The position numbers and the translations under genes were made by a program. Below the pieces are notes generated by a model. The model worked only from the letters and a program-made list of their open reading frames with translations, was not told the origin of the DNA and searched no databases. From Camelus ferus (Eukaryota), in contig NC_045696.1 of assembly GCF_009834535.1 (NCBI RefSeq), positions 11,162,001-11,226,000 on the forward strand: a DNA stretch of 64,000 bases, in the 5' to 3' direction. Of this stretch, positions 1-12,100 are shown in pieces (position 1 is the first letter of the stretch; every line of letters begins with the position of its first letter).

Positions 1-104
1 GGTGATCTTTCCCATTTTCACGTTGTGGGAACCAACATTGTGAAAAAGCTAATGAACAATCACATGAAGCTCATCTGTGAGTCCCTGTATGCCTCGGGTT
101 ACAA
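1..104 (+). CDS. URB1: URB1 exon 3 (partial)
   Basis: GDLSHFHVVGTNIVKKLMNNHMKLICESLYASGY; donor AA|GTAAGT. Confidence 0.95.
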
Positions 105-3100
105 GTAAGTTGCCTGCCTTTACGTGGCAGGACTGGCCTTGGGCTTGGTCTGCGCTCAGCTCCCCACGAGCGCACTTGCCCTTTCCTCCACCTGCAGATA
201 GAGCGGAGCCAGTTCCAAGGCCTTGACTGTGGCTCTAACCCCCCCTTCCTCTGTTGACCGGCCCGTCACTGTCACTGACTCCTCTCCTCCCACGTGTCCC
301 TCTGCTCCCATCTGCTGCTCTCCTCACTGTCTTGGGAACACTCCAGACTTCCTTTATGCCGCCTGTCCTTTTGCCCCAAGGGCTCTTCTCCTTCAGGGCT
401 TTGCAGAGGTGTCATCTCAAGGAGGCCTCCTCTGACCACCCCATCCATCTACAGTTTTATGTGTGATGTGACAGTCCATGTCAGTCTGTTGACTCTGTCT
501 CCCTCCTCTTGAGTGCAAGGTGCATGTGGGTGGGGGCCTTGACCATCTTATAAAATCCTGTCTTCCCAGCTCCTAAACAGTGTCTAGTACGTAGTAGGTG
601 CTCAGCAACCACAGATTATGAGTACCTGCAGGATGGAAAGGCAGCCCAGAGCTTGCTTTTGGAGATGCCCACCACGCGGAAGTCTTCTTCTGTGCCGTAT
701 AAAGGCAGGGGTGATGGGGGTCTCCCAGCTATGTGAGGATTTCCTGGAGACGGAAATTGCCATCTTCTTTGTGTCTTGTGTCTTGTGTTCTTGGATCCTC
801 CTCAGACTCAGTTTTTTAGCTTTCGTTGAAGATCTTGTTAGGATATTTTAAAGAAAGCGTGTCTTCATGTCTCCTCCATTCTGTTTTCTGCTTTGGGGAT
901 AGCAGAGCACACAGCCAGGTGTGCAGTTGGCTCGTGGTGAGGTGGCTGTGTGCTCCTGCTGTCCTGACGTGCCTGATTTCCCTGTTGTCCCTGAACAGGA
1001 TGGCCCGAGCCTGCCTGAACCTGATGGCCGCCATGGTGACCCAGGGTCCGGAGGCTGCCAGAGACGTCTGCAGCCATTTTGATTTGAATAAAAAGACCTT
1101 TGTACACCCTGGTGACCAAGAGGGATTCAAAGGTGAGAGGCCAAGTGTCTTGTACCCCTTGAGTGTTTCCGTTGCCTTTGTGTGTCCTCTTCCCTCTGGC
1201 CTCGGTCCTCATGTGGATGGAAGGGAGGCTTCCCCGTGGAGAGTCCGGGGCCTTGGCAGCCTCTGGGGTCCATGAGGAAGGGAGGCCTTTCTCGTGGCCG
1301 GTGGTGGGGCCCAGCTGCCTACAGAGCCTGAGTGACAGGGTCACCCGAGGACAGCTCTCTCGGGGCTCAGCATCGCCGGGCCTTCCTGGCCCGTGAGGAC
1401 GGCTGAGCTTGTGAGATGGCCTCCAGGTGCCTCGTGGTGTGAACCTCGTAGTGTCCTGGCCGCCTGCATGGGTTCCATCCACTCTGCAGAAATCTGCTGC
1501 AAGGCTCAGCCAGTGACATCACCAAAGAGGACACTTACTGGCTTTTTAATATATTTCTTGCACCTTCCAATTATAAGTCTTCTAATGAGTAGGGGCTGCT
1601 TTGTGCCAAAGAGAATGGAAGTGTGAATGGCTGGTTTTCAGAAGAACTGTCGGAAAAAGAAAAGTTTCCTGGTGGCTCCAGAAGTTTCACTTGGGTTTGG
1701 TTCTTGAGGAAGAAGCACAAGCTTCAGGACTCCTGAGCTGGTGGAGGGGTGGCCTCCCGCCCACGTGCTGGCTGCAGGCTGTCCAGGCCTCTTTCCACGG
1801 GCCGGGCCGGGCCGGCCCTCCTTGCCGTCGCCGCGGTGCTATGGCAGCCCTGGCCTCATCCTCCACACCCTCCTCCTGAGCAGAAGGACCAGGCCGCCCG
1901 ATGGCCGCCTGTCCGCCCAGGCAGAGAGCCATGTTGGAGTGGTGGACTTCTGCAGCCACGTGACCTTGCTCTCTGACTCTTCTTGGGAGTTGAGAGCTTC
2001 TGCGTGGCAGGGAGGGTATAGCTCAGTGGTAGAGCTTAGCATACACAAAGTCCTGGATTCAATCCCTGGTCCTGCCTCTAAAAATAAATAAACAAGTAAA
2101 CCTAATTACATCCTCCCCCGAAAAAATTAATTAATTAAAAAAAAAGTTTCTATGTTGCCGGGTTGTAGACTAAGTTAATCATCCAGGTAACAGCAGGTAA
2201 TCTTACAGCCCAGTGTTGAGAGTTTTCCTGGAATTACGAATAAGGTTTTCTCTGAGGAGGACATTTCCAGGTCCTAGTGTTTCATGGATACCGTTCTTTA
2301 TTAATGTGTCAAAGGTTCCGTTTAATGAGTAATGGCTCCTGGCATTTAAATGCGTTATCTAACGAAAAGAATGTGCGTGCTGTTTGCACACTAGGGCCAG
2401 TATCTTGGCTCTTTGGTCTCACCTGGCTGTCAGCCTAGCAGTAATGACCTATCAGAATCCCTTCTCCTTCCCCCTGTCTCACCCCCAACCGGCCCCCAGC
2501 CAGTAAGTAAAACATCCGGCAGTAGATAGGCCACCCGCCAGGGCACAGCCAAGGCACAGCGTGGGAAAGCCCGGCCTGGACCCCGGCCCGGCCCCGGCTG
2601 CCGCTTCCTCTCATTATTTTACATCTTTCTTGATCTGTCAAACAGGGGTCATGGTCAAAATGAAAGCGCTTTTATTTTCTTTCATTCATCGTTTGTATCA
2701 AGTATCTTAAATACTCTGTAGACTGTAGGAAATGGTTTCTAGATGTTATAAAACAATTTTTTTTGCATATAGGAAATGTGAGGGACCTTGAGAAATAGCA
2801 GCACAATGAATCCCCACGTACCTGACATCCAGCTTCACAGGCTGTCAGCTCTCCCACATTTTGGTTTGTTGTGGGGCAGCCAGCCTAGCACAGCATATCC
2901 CACATGTGTATCGTATTTCACTGTGAATGTTTCCATGTGCATCTCTGATAGTGCCATCATTGTACCTAACACCTTGAATAGTTTCTCAGTACCACCTAGT
3001 GCCCAGCTCAGGCTCTGCTTTTCCCCGACTGTCTCAAAAATGTCTTTATACCTCCTGGTTCACATCAAGATCCAAATATGGGCCCCACATTGCCTTTGAT

Positions 3101-6100
3101 TGATACCCTTCTTAAATCTCTTCTTATCTTTGAGTCTTCTGCCGCTCCCTCACCTTTTTTTTTTATTAATGCCATTTAGTTATCCAAGAAGCTGGGAGAT
3201 ATGTTTTTTTTTTTTTATGAGTGTGTTTTTCACATTTTGAAAGGAGTTATTAAAGCCTCATGAAGAAAGAGGATTATGGATATTTTTTCATCCAAAGAAA
3301 GCATTGTTAAAAGTCTTGTGTCCAAGAGCAGTTTTACCAAATATGTTTTGGTCTATTTTAGACAGTGTTTTGCAGAACAAGCCATAGAGATCAGGACACT
3401 TTCTTCCTGGGATAATAACCCTGTGTCGTAACAGGGTAGGAATGAGGAGTAGGCGTGCAGCCTTCTTGCCTTTGATGGAGTTGCTGCAGCCGGGGGCGGA
3501 GGGTCGAGGGTAGTGAGGGACTGTGGTCAGGTGGCCGAGGCCTGGCGGTGGCTGCGTGAAGGAGGAGCAAAGGCTGTGTCTTGGGGGTTTTGTTCTCTAC
3601 AATGTCAGGAGCCAGAAATTCGGGCTTCTCTGGGATACAAGATGGATGCTAGGAGGGGAGAACTAAATTCCACTTCAATTCAAAATTTGTTGCTAGAGGC
3701 ACTTTTAAGAGGATCTGATCCAACCCTGCTGTGTGCACACAGGATAGAAAGACCCGGAATGGCAGGTCGGGACCAGCATCCCAGGGGCCTGACCCCCAGT
3801 ACTTCAATGAAACCAAAAAAAAACCAAAACTGTGGAGCCTTTCCAACTCACTGGGAAAGGATAAAACGTAATTTAATTTTACTAGGCAAGTTTTAGCATT
3901 TTGCCAGAATTCTTTTGCAGTACAGAGACCAAGGTAACAAGCTAACTGTGCTTGAATTAGGTGGCACATTTATCTGAAAGATGAGGTGTCTGGATAGTCT
4001 GGGAGCAGTGGTTACTCGAAGCTTCCTGAGGACAGGGACAATGTAGTAGTCATCTTTTGCATCCTCTCTATCTGGGGTTATGGCGTCTTGAGTGTAATTG
4101 CTGTTTTATTAACATTAAGTTGGTGCATGACGGCACCAGAGCACTGCTGAAAGTGCAGCTCATTTTCAAGACTTGAGCGATCGTTGTCCCTAAACTCCAT
4201 AGTGTGAAGAGGACCACAGGCTGGTCCCCAGACAGGAGGATAGTGTGCAGCTCTTAGCGTATCTGGAGTAAAGCAGCATCAGTCTCACAAGGTCTTGCTG
4301 AAGGGCCCAGTGGTTTGGCTGGAAGGAGACTCAGAAAGTACAATGAATGTGCAAGGCCCCACCAGGTGTTACAGAGCATGGGTCAGGTGTTCGTTCTCTT
4401 CTCCAGAAGAAACATACTCAAAACAAGACAGAACTGAAAGACTCATGTAGATGCCTAAATGGTGCCAAGTGTGGTCCTTGCACCCTGAGAAGTGGTGGAG
4501 TGAAGATGCCGTGGGAGCCCTGAGAGGAAGGAGCTACTCTCTAGGCAGACATGTGGTCCAGAGTGAAGCAGTGTGTTTGTACAGTGACTTCTTACGTCCC
4601 AATCCCAGTGCTTACTCACTTAGTAGTTGTGTAACCTTAAGCCTAGAGTTTTCTAAACCTCGGTTTCCTCATCTGTAAAATGGGTATGGTGGGCATCTGT
4701 ACCTCAGGTTGCTGTAAGGAGTAGCCGAGATAACAAATGTGCAGCATTTGACAGTGTCTGGCACGTGGTAAGTGCTCAATGAATGCTTTTAATGTCATCG
4801 TCACTCCTGCCACCATCTCTGCTGCTCCTCCTGAGTGGAGTGGGACTCTCTGGAAGGCAGAGTCTCCTTCATCTTTTCAGGCATTCAGGGCAATAGTTCT
4901 CTGTAGTATCAACTTATTTCTTGTCAGAAAATTAAAGTGTCTTCGGAATGACTGTGACATAGGAAGTTTTCGGTTTAAGCAGTGGAAGATCGAAGTGTAT
5001 GTGCTGGTTCTGGTCCAGCTGACAAGAGACCTGCATGACCACATGCCGTGGGTTCTTTGGGTGGAAAACAGGAATGTTGAAGACACAGGTTTGTCTTAAA
5101 GTTACTGGGAGGGGAAACTGATCAGGTGGCCCAGGTGGCTTCCCCTGAAGTGTTGGCTGCTGGTCATGGCCTTTGGGCCCTGGTTGAGGATGCCCGCTGT
5201 CCTGGGTCACGGCTGATGCCTGTGGGACAGCGCAGACTGCAGCCCTGGGAGGGCTATGCCAGCTTTGTCACATGACAGCGTCTGTGCGTTGGTGTCAGGT
5301 GTAGATTTAGAATATCTAACAAAGACCAGACATCACGTCATTGGTGTTTCATCAAAAGCAGCACTAGACTTTCCATTATCTCTGGATTTTATAAAAGACA
5401 GATACATTGTTTCATTAAGTGAGAGTACATGGTATCTAGACAGGTATTAGGCACTTTACAGAAGTGGTCTGTGAGCTAAAAATGTGTATTACTACAGTTG
5501 GCGGAGGGGACACCTCTACTTATGTATTTAGAAAGAGCTTGAAAGAGAAGGAGAAATAGAGCAGGAGACTGAGGGGGAAGGAGCAAAGGAGAAACCCCTT
5601 TGTTTCTGTAAAGAGCTGAGAGTGGTGTTAGACTTAGACCCTCCAGTGGCACAAGCCCGGGAGGCCTCTGTGACGTTGGGATGGGACGGGTGTGCCTTCC
5701 CCCATGGTCCTGCTTCCTCGGGTTGTGTTTGGATACATCTGTGACACGTGTCTCCTTCGTCCCGCAGGGAGTGCCCGACGTCCGGCTGGCCTACATTCAG
5801 TTTGCCCTTTCCTTTTTGATCGCCGGCGATGACAGCACAGTTGGGCAAGTGCTGGAGTTGAAAGGTAGGTGTGCCTCTTTGTCTCGGGGTGAAGCCAGCT
5901 CATGGTTTTGAAAAACCTACTGCAAAGCATTTTGCAGGTTAAAAGAAGCCTGCAGCCTTGGTGGCTGCAGAGTGCGCCAGGACCAGGGGTGCGTGTGCGG
6001 CGGGCCGTGGTCAGTGTGGTCTTGATACCGCCGCTCAGCGTGGACGCAGGTGTCCCTGCTCTGCTCTCTGCGGTGCTGAGCCGCATCCTCACTGAGGAGA

Positions 6101-9100
6101 AACCCAAACCTCAGGGACTCATGCAAACACAGGAGGCTTTGTGTCTCCAGAGCATACATGGATTCCTAGCCTGGCTACCTGGCTTTCCTTAGTAGTTGTG
6201 TTTTTAAAAAATAAAGTTTAACAACTTTGATGGCTTTGCCCAGTGTTACGAGAATGTCAGTAGTAGAGCTTCAAAGGTTTCCAACTGGACCGCCTCCTGG
6301 TGCCTGTCTCACTAGGGCAAGCTGGGCATGGCGTGGTTTAATCTGTTGGGGCCGCTTGCATTTTAGCAAGAAATTCAGGATGACAGTAAGTGGCAGCGCA
6401 TAGACGGTGCTTAGCATGTGCAGTCATTCACTGAGGTCCCCCAGGGTCATACCCTGTCTGCAGGTGGGGAGGGGCTGGTGTCCTGGCTGTGCTCTGGGCC
6501 TCATGGGAGGAGGAACAACGTGGTGCTGCGATTCGGTCTCCAGCCTCCCCTTGCCTCCCCCAGCGTGGGAGACCCAAGCCCCCTCCACAGCCAGCTGCCA
6601 AGACCCTTTATGAGCAGGTGCGGGTGGCAGTTCCCCACATGTTGTCGGTCCTGATCCGCACAGGTTGCCCTGTTGCTGTCGGGGCGATGCTGCCTTTGCA
6701 GGTGCAGCTGACAGGTCTTCCCTGATGGTTGCCTGGTCGGGGTGCCCTCTGCTGCCAGGGCTGGGTCTTTCTGCAGAATCCCCTTGGGTCTTCTCAGCAT
6801 CTGGCCTTTTATTCAAGGAGAGTGGTTTGGGGTTTTCCGTCCACCCTGCTGCAGGGCAGGGATGCACTTCAGTCAGTGTTCCTGCCAGGCAGTTTGGCCA
6901 AAGGCATCTAAACATGTACAGTGTCTGATCCAGCCACTCCGCGCCTAGTCATTTATCCTAAGGAAATAATTAAGGATGTGAATAGAGGTTTTGTTAGGGG
7001 ATATTTTTTCATATTAGCTGAAAATTGGACTCCTAACTACCCACCAGCAAGGGATTGATTAAGTAAATTGAGTGCTGGTCATAAGGAGTGATGCAGTTCT
7101 TAAAAATGATGTAGAAATGTACTTACTGATATCAGATTTTTAAAGGATGTATGATTGGGTGTAAACTCACTTATAAAACTGTAAAGTATGACCCCATTTT
7201 ACTAAAAGTTAAATTTAGCAGAATATGGATCTATCAGAAGGTTGATGGTCAGCCGGTAACCCAGATAGTAACAGTGTTAACCTCCAGGTAGTGGAGGAAT
7301 GGTTTATTTTAAGTTTCTTTCTTTCTTTCTTTTTTTTCTTTGATATTTTCTCATTTTTCTTTTTCTTTCCTTCTTTTCTTTTTTTTTTTTTTTTTAAGAA
7401 TAATGAACTTGCTTTTATAGAAATTACGTGTGCCTGTTAAGCATGTGTGGAGCAAGAGAAATTGTAATTGCTGTGACGCTGTTGACCAGTGTCACCAGCA
7501 CATTAGTAGTGACGCAGTGCCAAGCCATGGTGACCGACTCCCCCGGGGTTGGGAGGTGAAAGCTAAGCAAACAAATCAGCCCAGATTCTCCTGCCGATCA
7601 ATAAAGTGAAAACCATCCTTTTAAATACATCTCTGAGCAGGTCTAAGCAGAGAGAGAAACATGAGAAAACTGTAACCATACCATACATTCTCTTTCACAC
7701 CGTGAATGTTATATTAATTTTACTTAAGTTAGTGTGAAAACAGGAAAGTAAAACAGAACTAAAGCACTGTTGAACTTTAATAATAGTTCAGTCATTGTTT
7801 TGCCTTTAAATATTGACTTCCTGTGTCACAGAAAACATTTTTCCTACTGTGAACTTGTATAATTAAAAAGAAAAAAACTTAAAAAAAAAGCAAGTAAATG
7901 GCATTGTTTGCTGTACTGTTGTACTGTTTAAAAAGTGATGTTCTCTTGTCTGTTCTCGTATTTGAAGTAATGTTGAGTTTAATGCTTTGAAACTTTTACT
8001 TTCAGAATTTATTCCTTGCATTTTTAGTTCAGGCATAAAGGAGGACAGGATCTCTACCATCAATATTTTGTTATCCACACTGAAAACAAAGGTACGTGTG
8101 TGGTGATGAAGGCTCCTCTCATTTGTTTGCTCTGACGTTTTGCAGGACTGTAGAGCCATGGGTTATGCAGGTTGCTTGGGAAGCCGGTCTGGCAGTGTGT
8201 GTCAGAGGTCTTAAAAATGTTAGTACACCCAGGTGGAGGGTGGGAGGTTGCCTCAGAATCCCCAGGGAACGTACTTGAAATACATAAACCCTCTCAGAGG
8301 TTCGGAGTTTGAGGGGTAAGTTTGGGTGGAGCTGAGAATTTGTGCCGTAATTCTGAGTCCATAGTCAGGGATGCAGTGTGGACTTTGTATAAGGATTCTG
8401 TCATAGCCAGAGTTTGGAAGGCACCTAACTGTACACACCCAGGGAATAATGGTTAAATAAGTTATGGTCACTCATAGGCTGAAGGATATCCAGCCACCGA
8501 ATGAGGCTCTAGAGGAATTTTAATGATGTGGAGACAGCTCATGCTGTAAGTAAAAATAGGCACAAAACTATATGAAAGTATAATCCCAAAGAGACCAAAA
8601 AAAACCCACCCCAGCAAAAACTTAATACTACACACACATGTGTATTTTATGTGTGGTTAGGGGACAGGGAGGCTGAAAGGAAATATACCAAAAGGTGAAC
8701 TGTGGGTGTTTTAGGATGGTGGTAATATTGGTGAGTTTTATTTTCCTTTTTATGTTTTATTTTGTTTTTGGCTAAGTATTTTGCCATAGAGCTATGTTAT
8801 TTTTATAATGGCCAAAAAAATAAACACTATTTGAAAAATGAAATTCCTTGCAATTCATTTTTTTTTCCTGTTATTTTCAGGTAGTTCACAATAAAAACAT
8901 CACAAAAACCCAGAAGGTGCGTTTCTTTTCCGGGCAAGTGCTGAACCACATAGCATCTCTCTACAGCTGGAACGGGATTGTCGACGTGAGCCTGGAAAGT
9001 ATCGAGGTACGGTCGCCTCTGGTTTCACTTGGCCTCGCTGTTAGTGTGTGGTACCCACAGCTGGAAGACTGAAGAATCTGAACATACACCTGCCTTTAAA

Positions 9101-12100
9101 AAAGTCTCCGCATTTAATCTGTTTCTTTTTGGCTTGTGGTTACATTAATTCTCTGCCTAGATGCAATATGATTTTCAAATTTTGTTTTTTTACAGTAAGA
9201 TTTTTTTTTCTATCTCTGAGGTTTCATGATAGTAAATTTTTTTCTTTTTTCTAAATGAGAACACTGTTATTCCCTTTGGCTGAGTGACGTCTTAATTTTC
9301 CCTGCCAGCGTGCCCAGTAGACTGACAGGGGTGATCCTGTCTCCCTCCTCCTCCTCGCTTTCCTCTTCTCCTCCTCACTTTCCTCTCCTCCTCCTTCCAT
9401 TCTTTTCACATCCAGCCGTTGGCATTTCAAGGCCTGTTGCTTTTGTTTCAGGATCCTAGGGAACCTCAATTTCCTCACCTACTGACATGTGTAGTTTGTT
9501 TTGTAACAAGTGCTAAATTGTGACAGTTGCTCTCACATTGACCCAAAGCCAGTGTACCTTTTAATTCTCCTTGTTTTGATTTTCCTCGGGTGTTTCTCAA
9601 CATGGACTTGGCCGGAGTTGTGAAGGCTCAGACTTCTTGCTGATTTCATAGTAATTCACCTCTCAAGAGCTCACTATTTTACTCCCTTTTATCTTCATGC
9701 CTTGCCCACGTCCTCTTGTTTTGAACACATTTTGTTCGTTCTATAACCAGGAGGCCTCAGGGGCTTAATAAAAACACTCCCAAAGGTGGAATTTTATTCA
9801 AAAGAGCAAGAGAAATTAAGTCATTCATAAGCTTGTTTAAAAATACAGGTTTAAACCTGTTTAAAAATACAGGTTTAAACCTGCCCCTCTTAGGAGTATT
9901 TTTTTAATCTTTATTTTTTAATGATTCTATTTAATAGGTGATGACATTCAGATTCAGGGGGTTAAGTGATGCTCTCATTCCTGGTTACGTTGTGATGCCC
10001 AGACCCCATCCTGAAGCTCTGCAGGAGCCCCTTTAGAGTTGCCTCATTAGAACGAAAGATACTTGTGTCATCTGGGAAATCCCGAGGGATTTAGAGCTCC
10101 GTGTGAGACATGACTCTCATCCCATCACTCAGAAAATTATAAGGGTTTTAAGAGCTCTGTGCCAGGAACTGGGGACAACAACCAAATATTTATTTTTTAA
10201 TTATGTCACAGTATCACAATGCAAAAGCAAGAAAAAGCTTAGAAAAACATTTTCTATTTAACGCATATGCTGTGGCCACTAATACTGATCTGCTCTGTAC
10301 TTCCTAGCGCAGTGATGACTTAGCTGCCTGATCCAGTTTGCTCATATGTAAAATGGGTGTAATCGTGTCTGCGCTGCCAGACTCACAGGGCTGCCGTAAG
10401 ACTTAAATGAGAACCCTTATTGTGAAGTGCTGGGAAACAAGAAATGACATAAAATCTCAAGTTACCTGTAGTTTCTTGTTGTTCCAGCAACTCCCTCTTT
10501 ATTCAACTTTAAAAAGAAAAAAATTTTAATTAAGTTTGTTTGAACTAAAAAAGAAATAAACAAATAATCAAAAAACCCCAGTTGACTCATTCCCCTGCCC
10601 CTCTGACCCCCACCTCTGACAACCACCAATCTTCTCTCTGTATCTCTGAGCTTTTTTAAAAAAATTATTATTTTATTTATTTATTTGTTTCAGATTCCAC
10701 ATATAAGGGAGTGTTTTTTAAGTTTGATTGGTGTTTCTCTTTTGGCAGGTGGTGGGGAGTTGTTTGGTTTTGAATTAGAGCAAGTGTTTAAAATGTTGTG
10801 TGAGTTGCCATTAGGTGTGTGATTTTGTCTAGTTTTTACTCTGGATCTGTTGCTAAGGCTTATGAACTTGGGGTTTTCATTGAATTTTTTTTTTAACCCT
10901 CATAGACTTCTGCTGAAGACGCAGGGAAAGCCATGGTGCGGGAGCTCGTGCATAACTTCCTGACGGACCTCTGCTGTTCACTCAAGCACGGGATTAACTT
11001 CTATGACGCGTCTCTCGGTACCTTCGGCAGGTAAGTCCTGAGTGTGTGTTCCTTCTAGGGGAAATCTGTCAGATGATGGATTTGAAGTGGGTTAGAACTA
11101 GAATTTTAGACAGTAAGTCTAGTGAACCTTTGGGGACCCAGAGGACTGCTGTTCACTTTGTGCCCTCAGGGCAGAGTCTCAGGGTAGCAGCTGACTTAGA
11201 CACACAGTATGTGGTGTGTCACCCAGGGAGGTGCTGTGTGTGTTCACCTGGGGACAGTGGCGTCCACTGGATCTGCGAATAAGTCTGTTATGTCCACCTT
11301 CCCAGAGACGGTGGGCCCCACCATGGGCCTCACCACAGTCCTGAGGTGGGAACCACTGTTACCCCAGTTTTGCAGATGAGGGAACTGGGCACAGAGCAGT
11401 CAGGTCACTCGCCCTGTAGGTGGCAGAGCTCAGACTGGAACCTAAGAAATCTGGTTCCAAGTCCATGTTCATGATAGCTAGTCAGTCCTCCCTGTCCCCA
11501 GGGATGGCTGCTGAAGAATTAGAATTTCAAAGTTTTGTTTTTACATTTTGTTTCATACTTTACCATTATGGTAACATTTCGTCAGTAAGGAAACATTAAG
11601 TCTACAGCTAATGGTTTAGATTCTGTTCTTCCAGGCTTTCTCTTTAGAGCCATAGATCTATAATACATACCGTGTCATTATCTTTTAAACCAAAAAGGCC
11701 TCCAGTTGGATATATTGTTCATCAGCCTGCTTTTTTCCATTTGACAATAAGAAATATTGGACTTATTTCCTGGTCATTGTAAATGACCCTTAGTTTTAAC
11801 CCCTTGACATTTTAAGGACAGAGATGGTTTGATTTCAGCCAGTCAGGAACCGGCTGATTCCTTCATCGTGGGGTTAATGTGGTGGGAACTTTTCTCTTTG
11901 CTTTTGTGGCTTTGAACTTGGTTCTGTGACTGTTGTGAATTAACTTGCCTCATCACTTCTTTTTCTTGTAACTTTGTTTTGGTCGTAGTGTAGCTTTTCT
12001 CCCGGTAAGAATAAGCTCATTTTCTTGCTAAAATGAATCCGCAGGCTTTGACGGTCTAGTGTACTGTAACACCATGCTTCAAACACATTTTTCCTGTTAA

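Noticed and set aside
1087..1105. Programmed ribosomal frameshift as an explanation of the exon 4 indel
   Set aside because: No canonical slippery heptamer or stimulatory structure, and orthologs are recalled as in frame.
2009..2080. tRNA gene
   Set aside because: No complete cloverleaf; it continues into a SINE body and A-tail.
5865..8005. SNORA80/ACA67 H/ACA snoRNA, which I recall being hosted in a 5' intron of human URB1
   Set aside because: I found no match by eye to the recalled family motifs (GGATTTATG, AACCATTGCC, CACTGAAG..GGTTGCACA). An Infernal/Rfam scan would settle it.
8103..8135. Box C (GTGATGA) and box D (CTGA) pair suggesting a snoRNA
   Set aside because: Only 33 nt span, directly adjacent to the donor site, no terminal stem.
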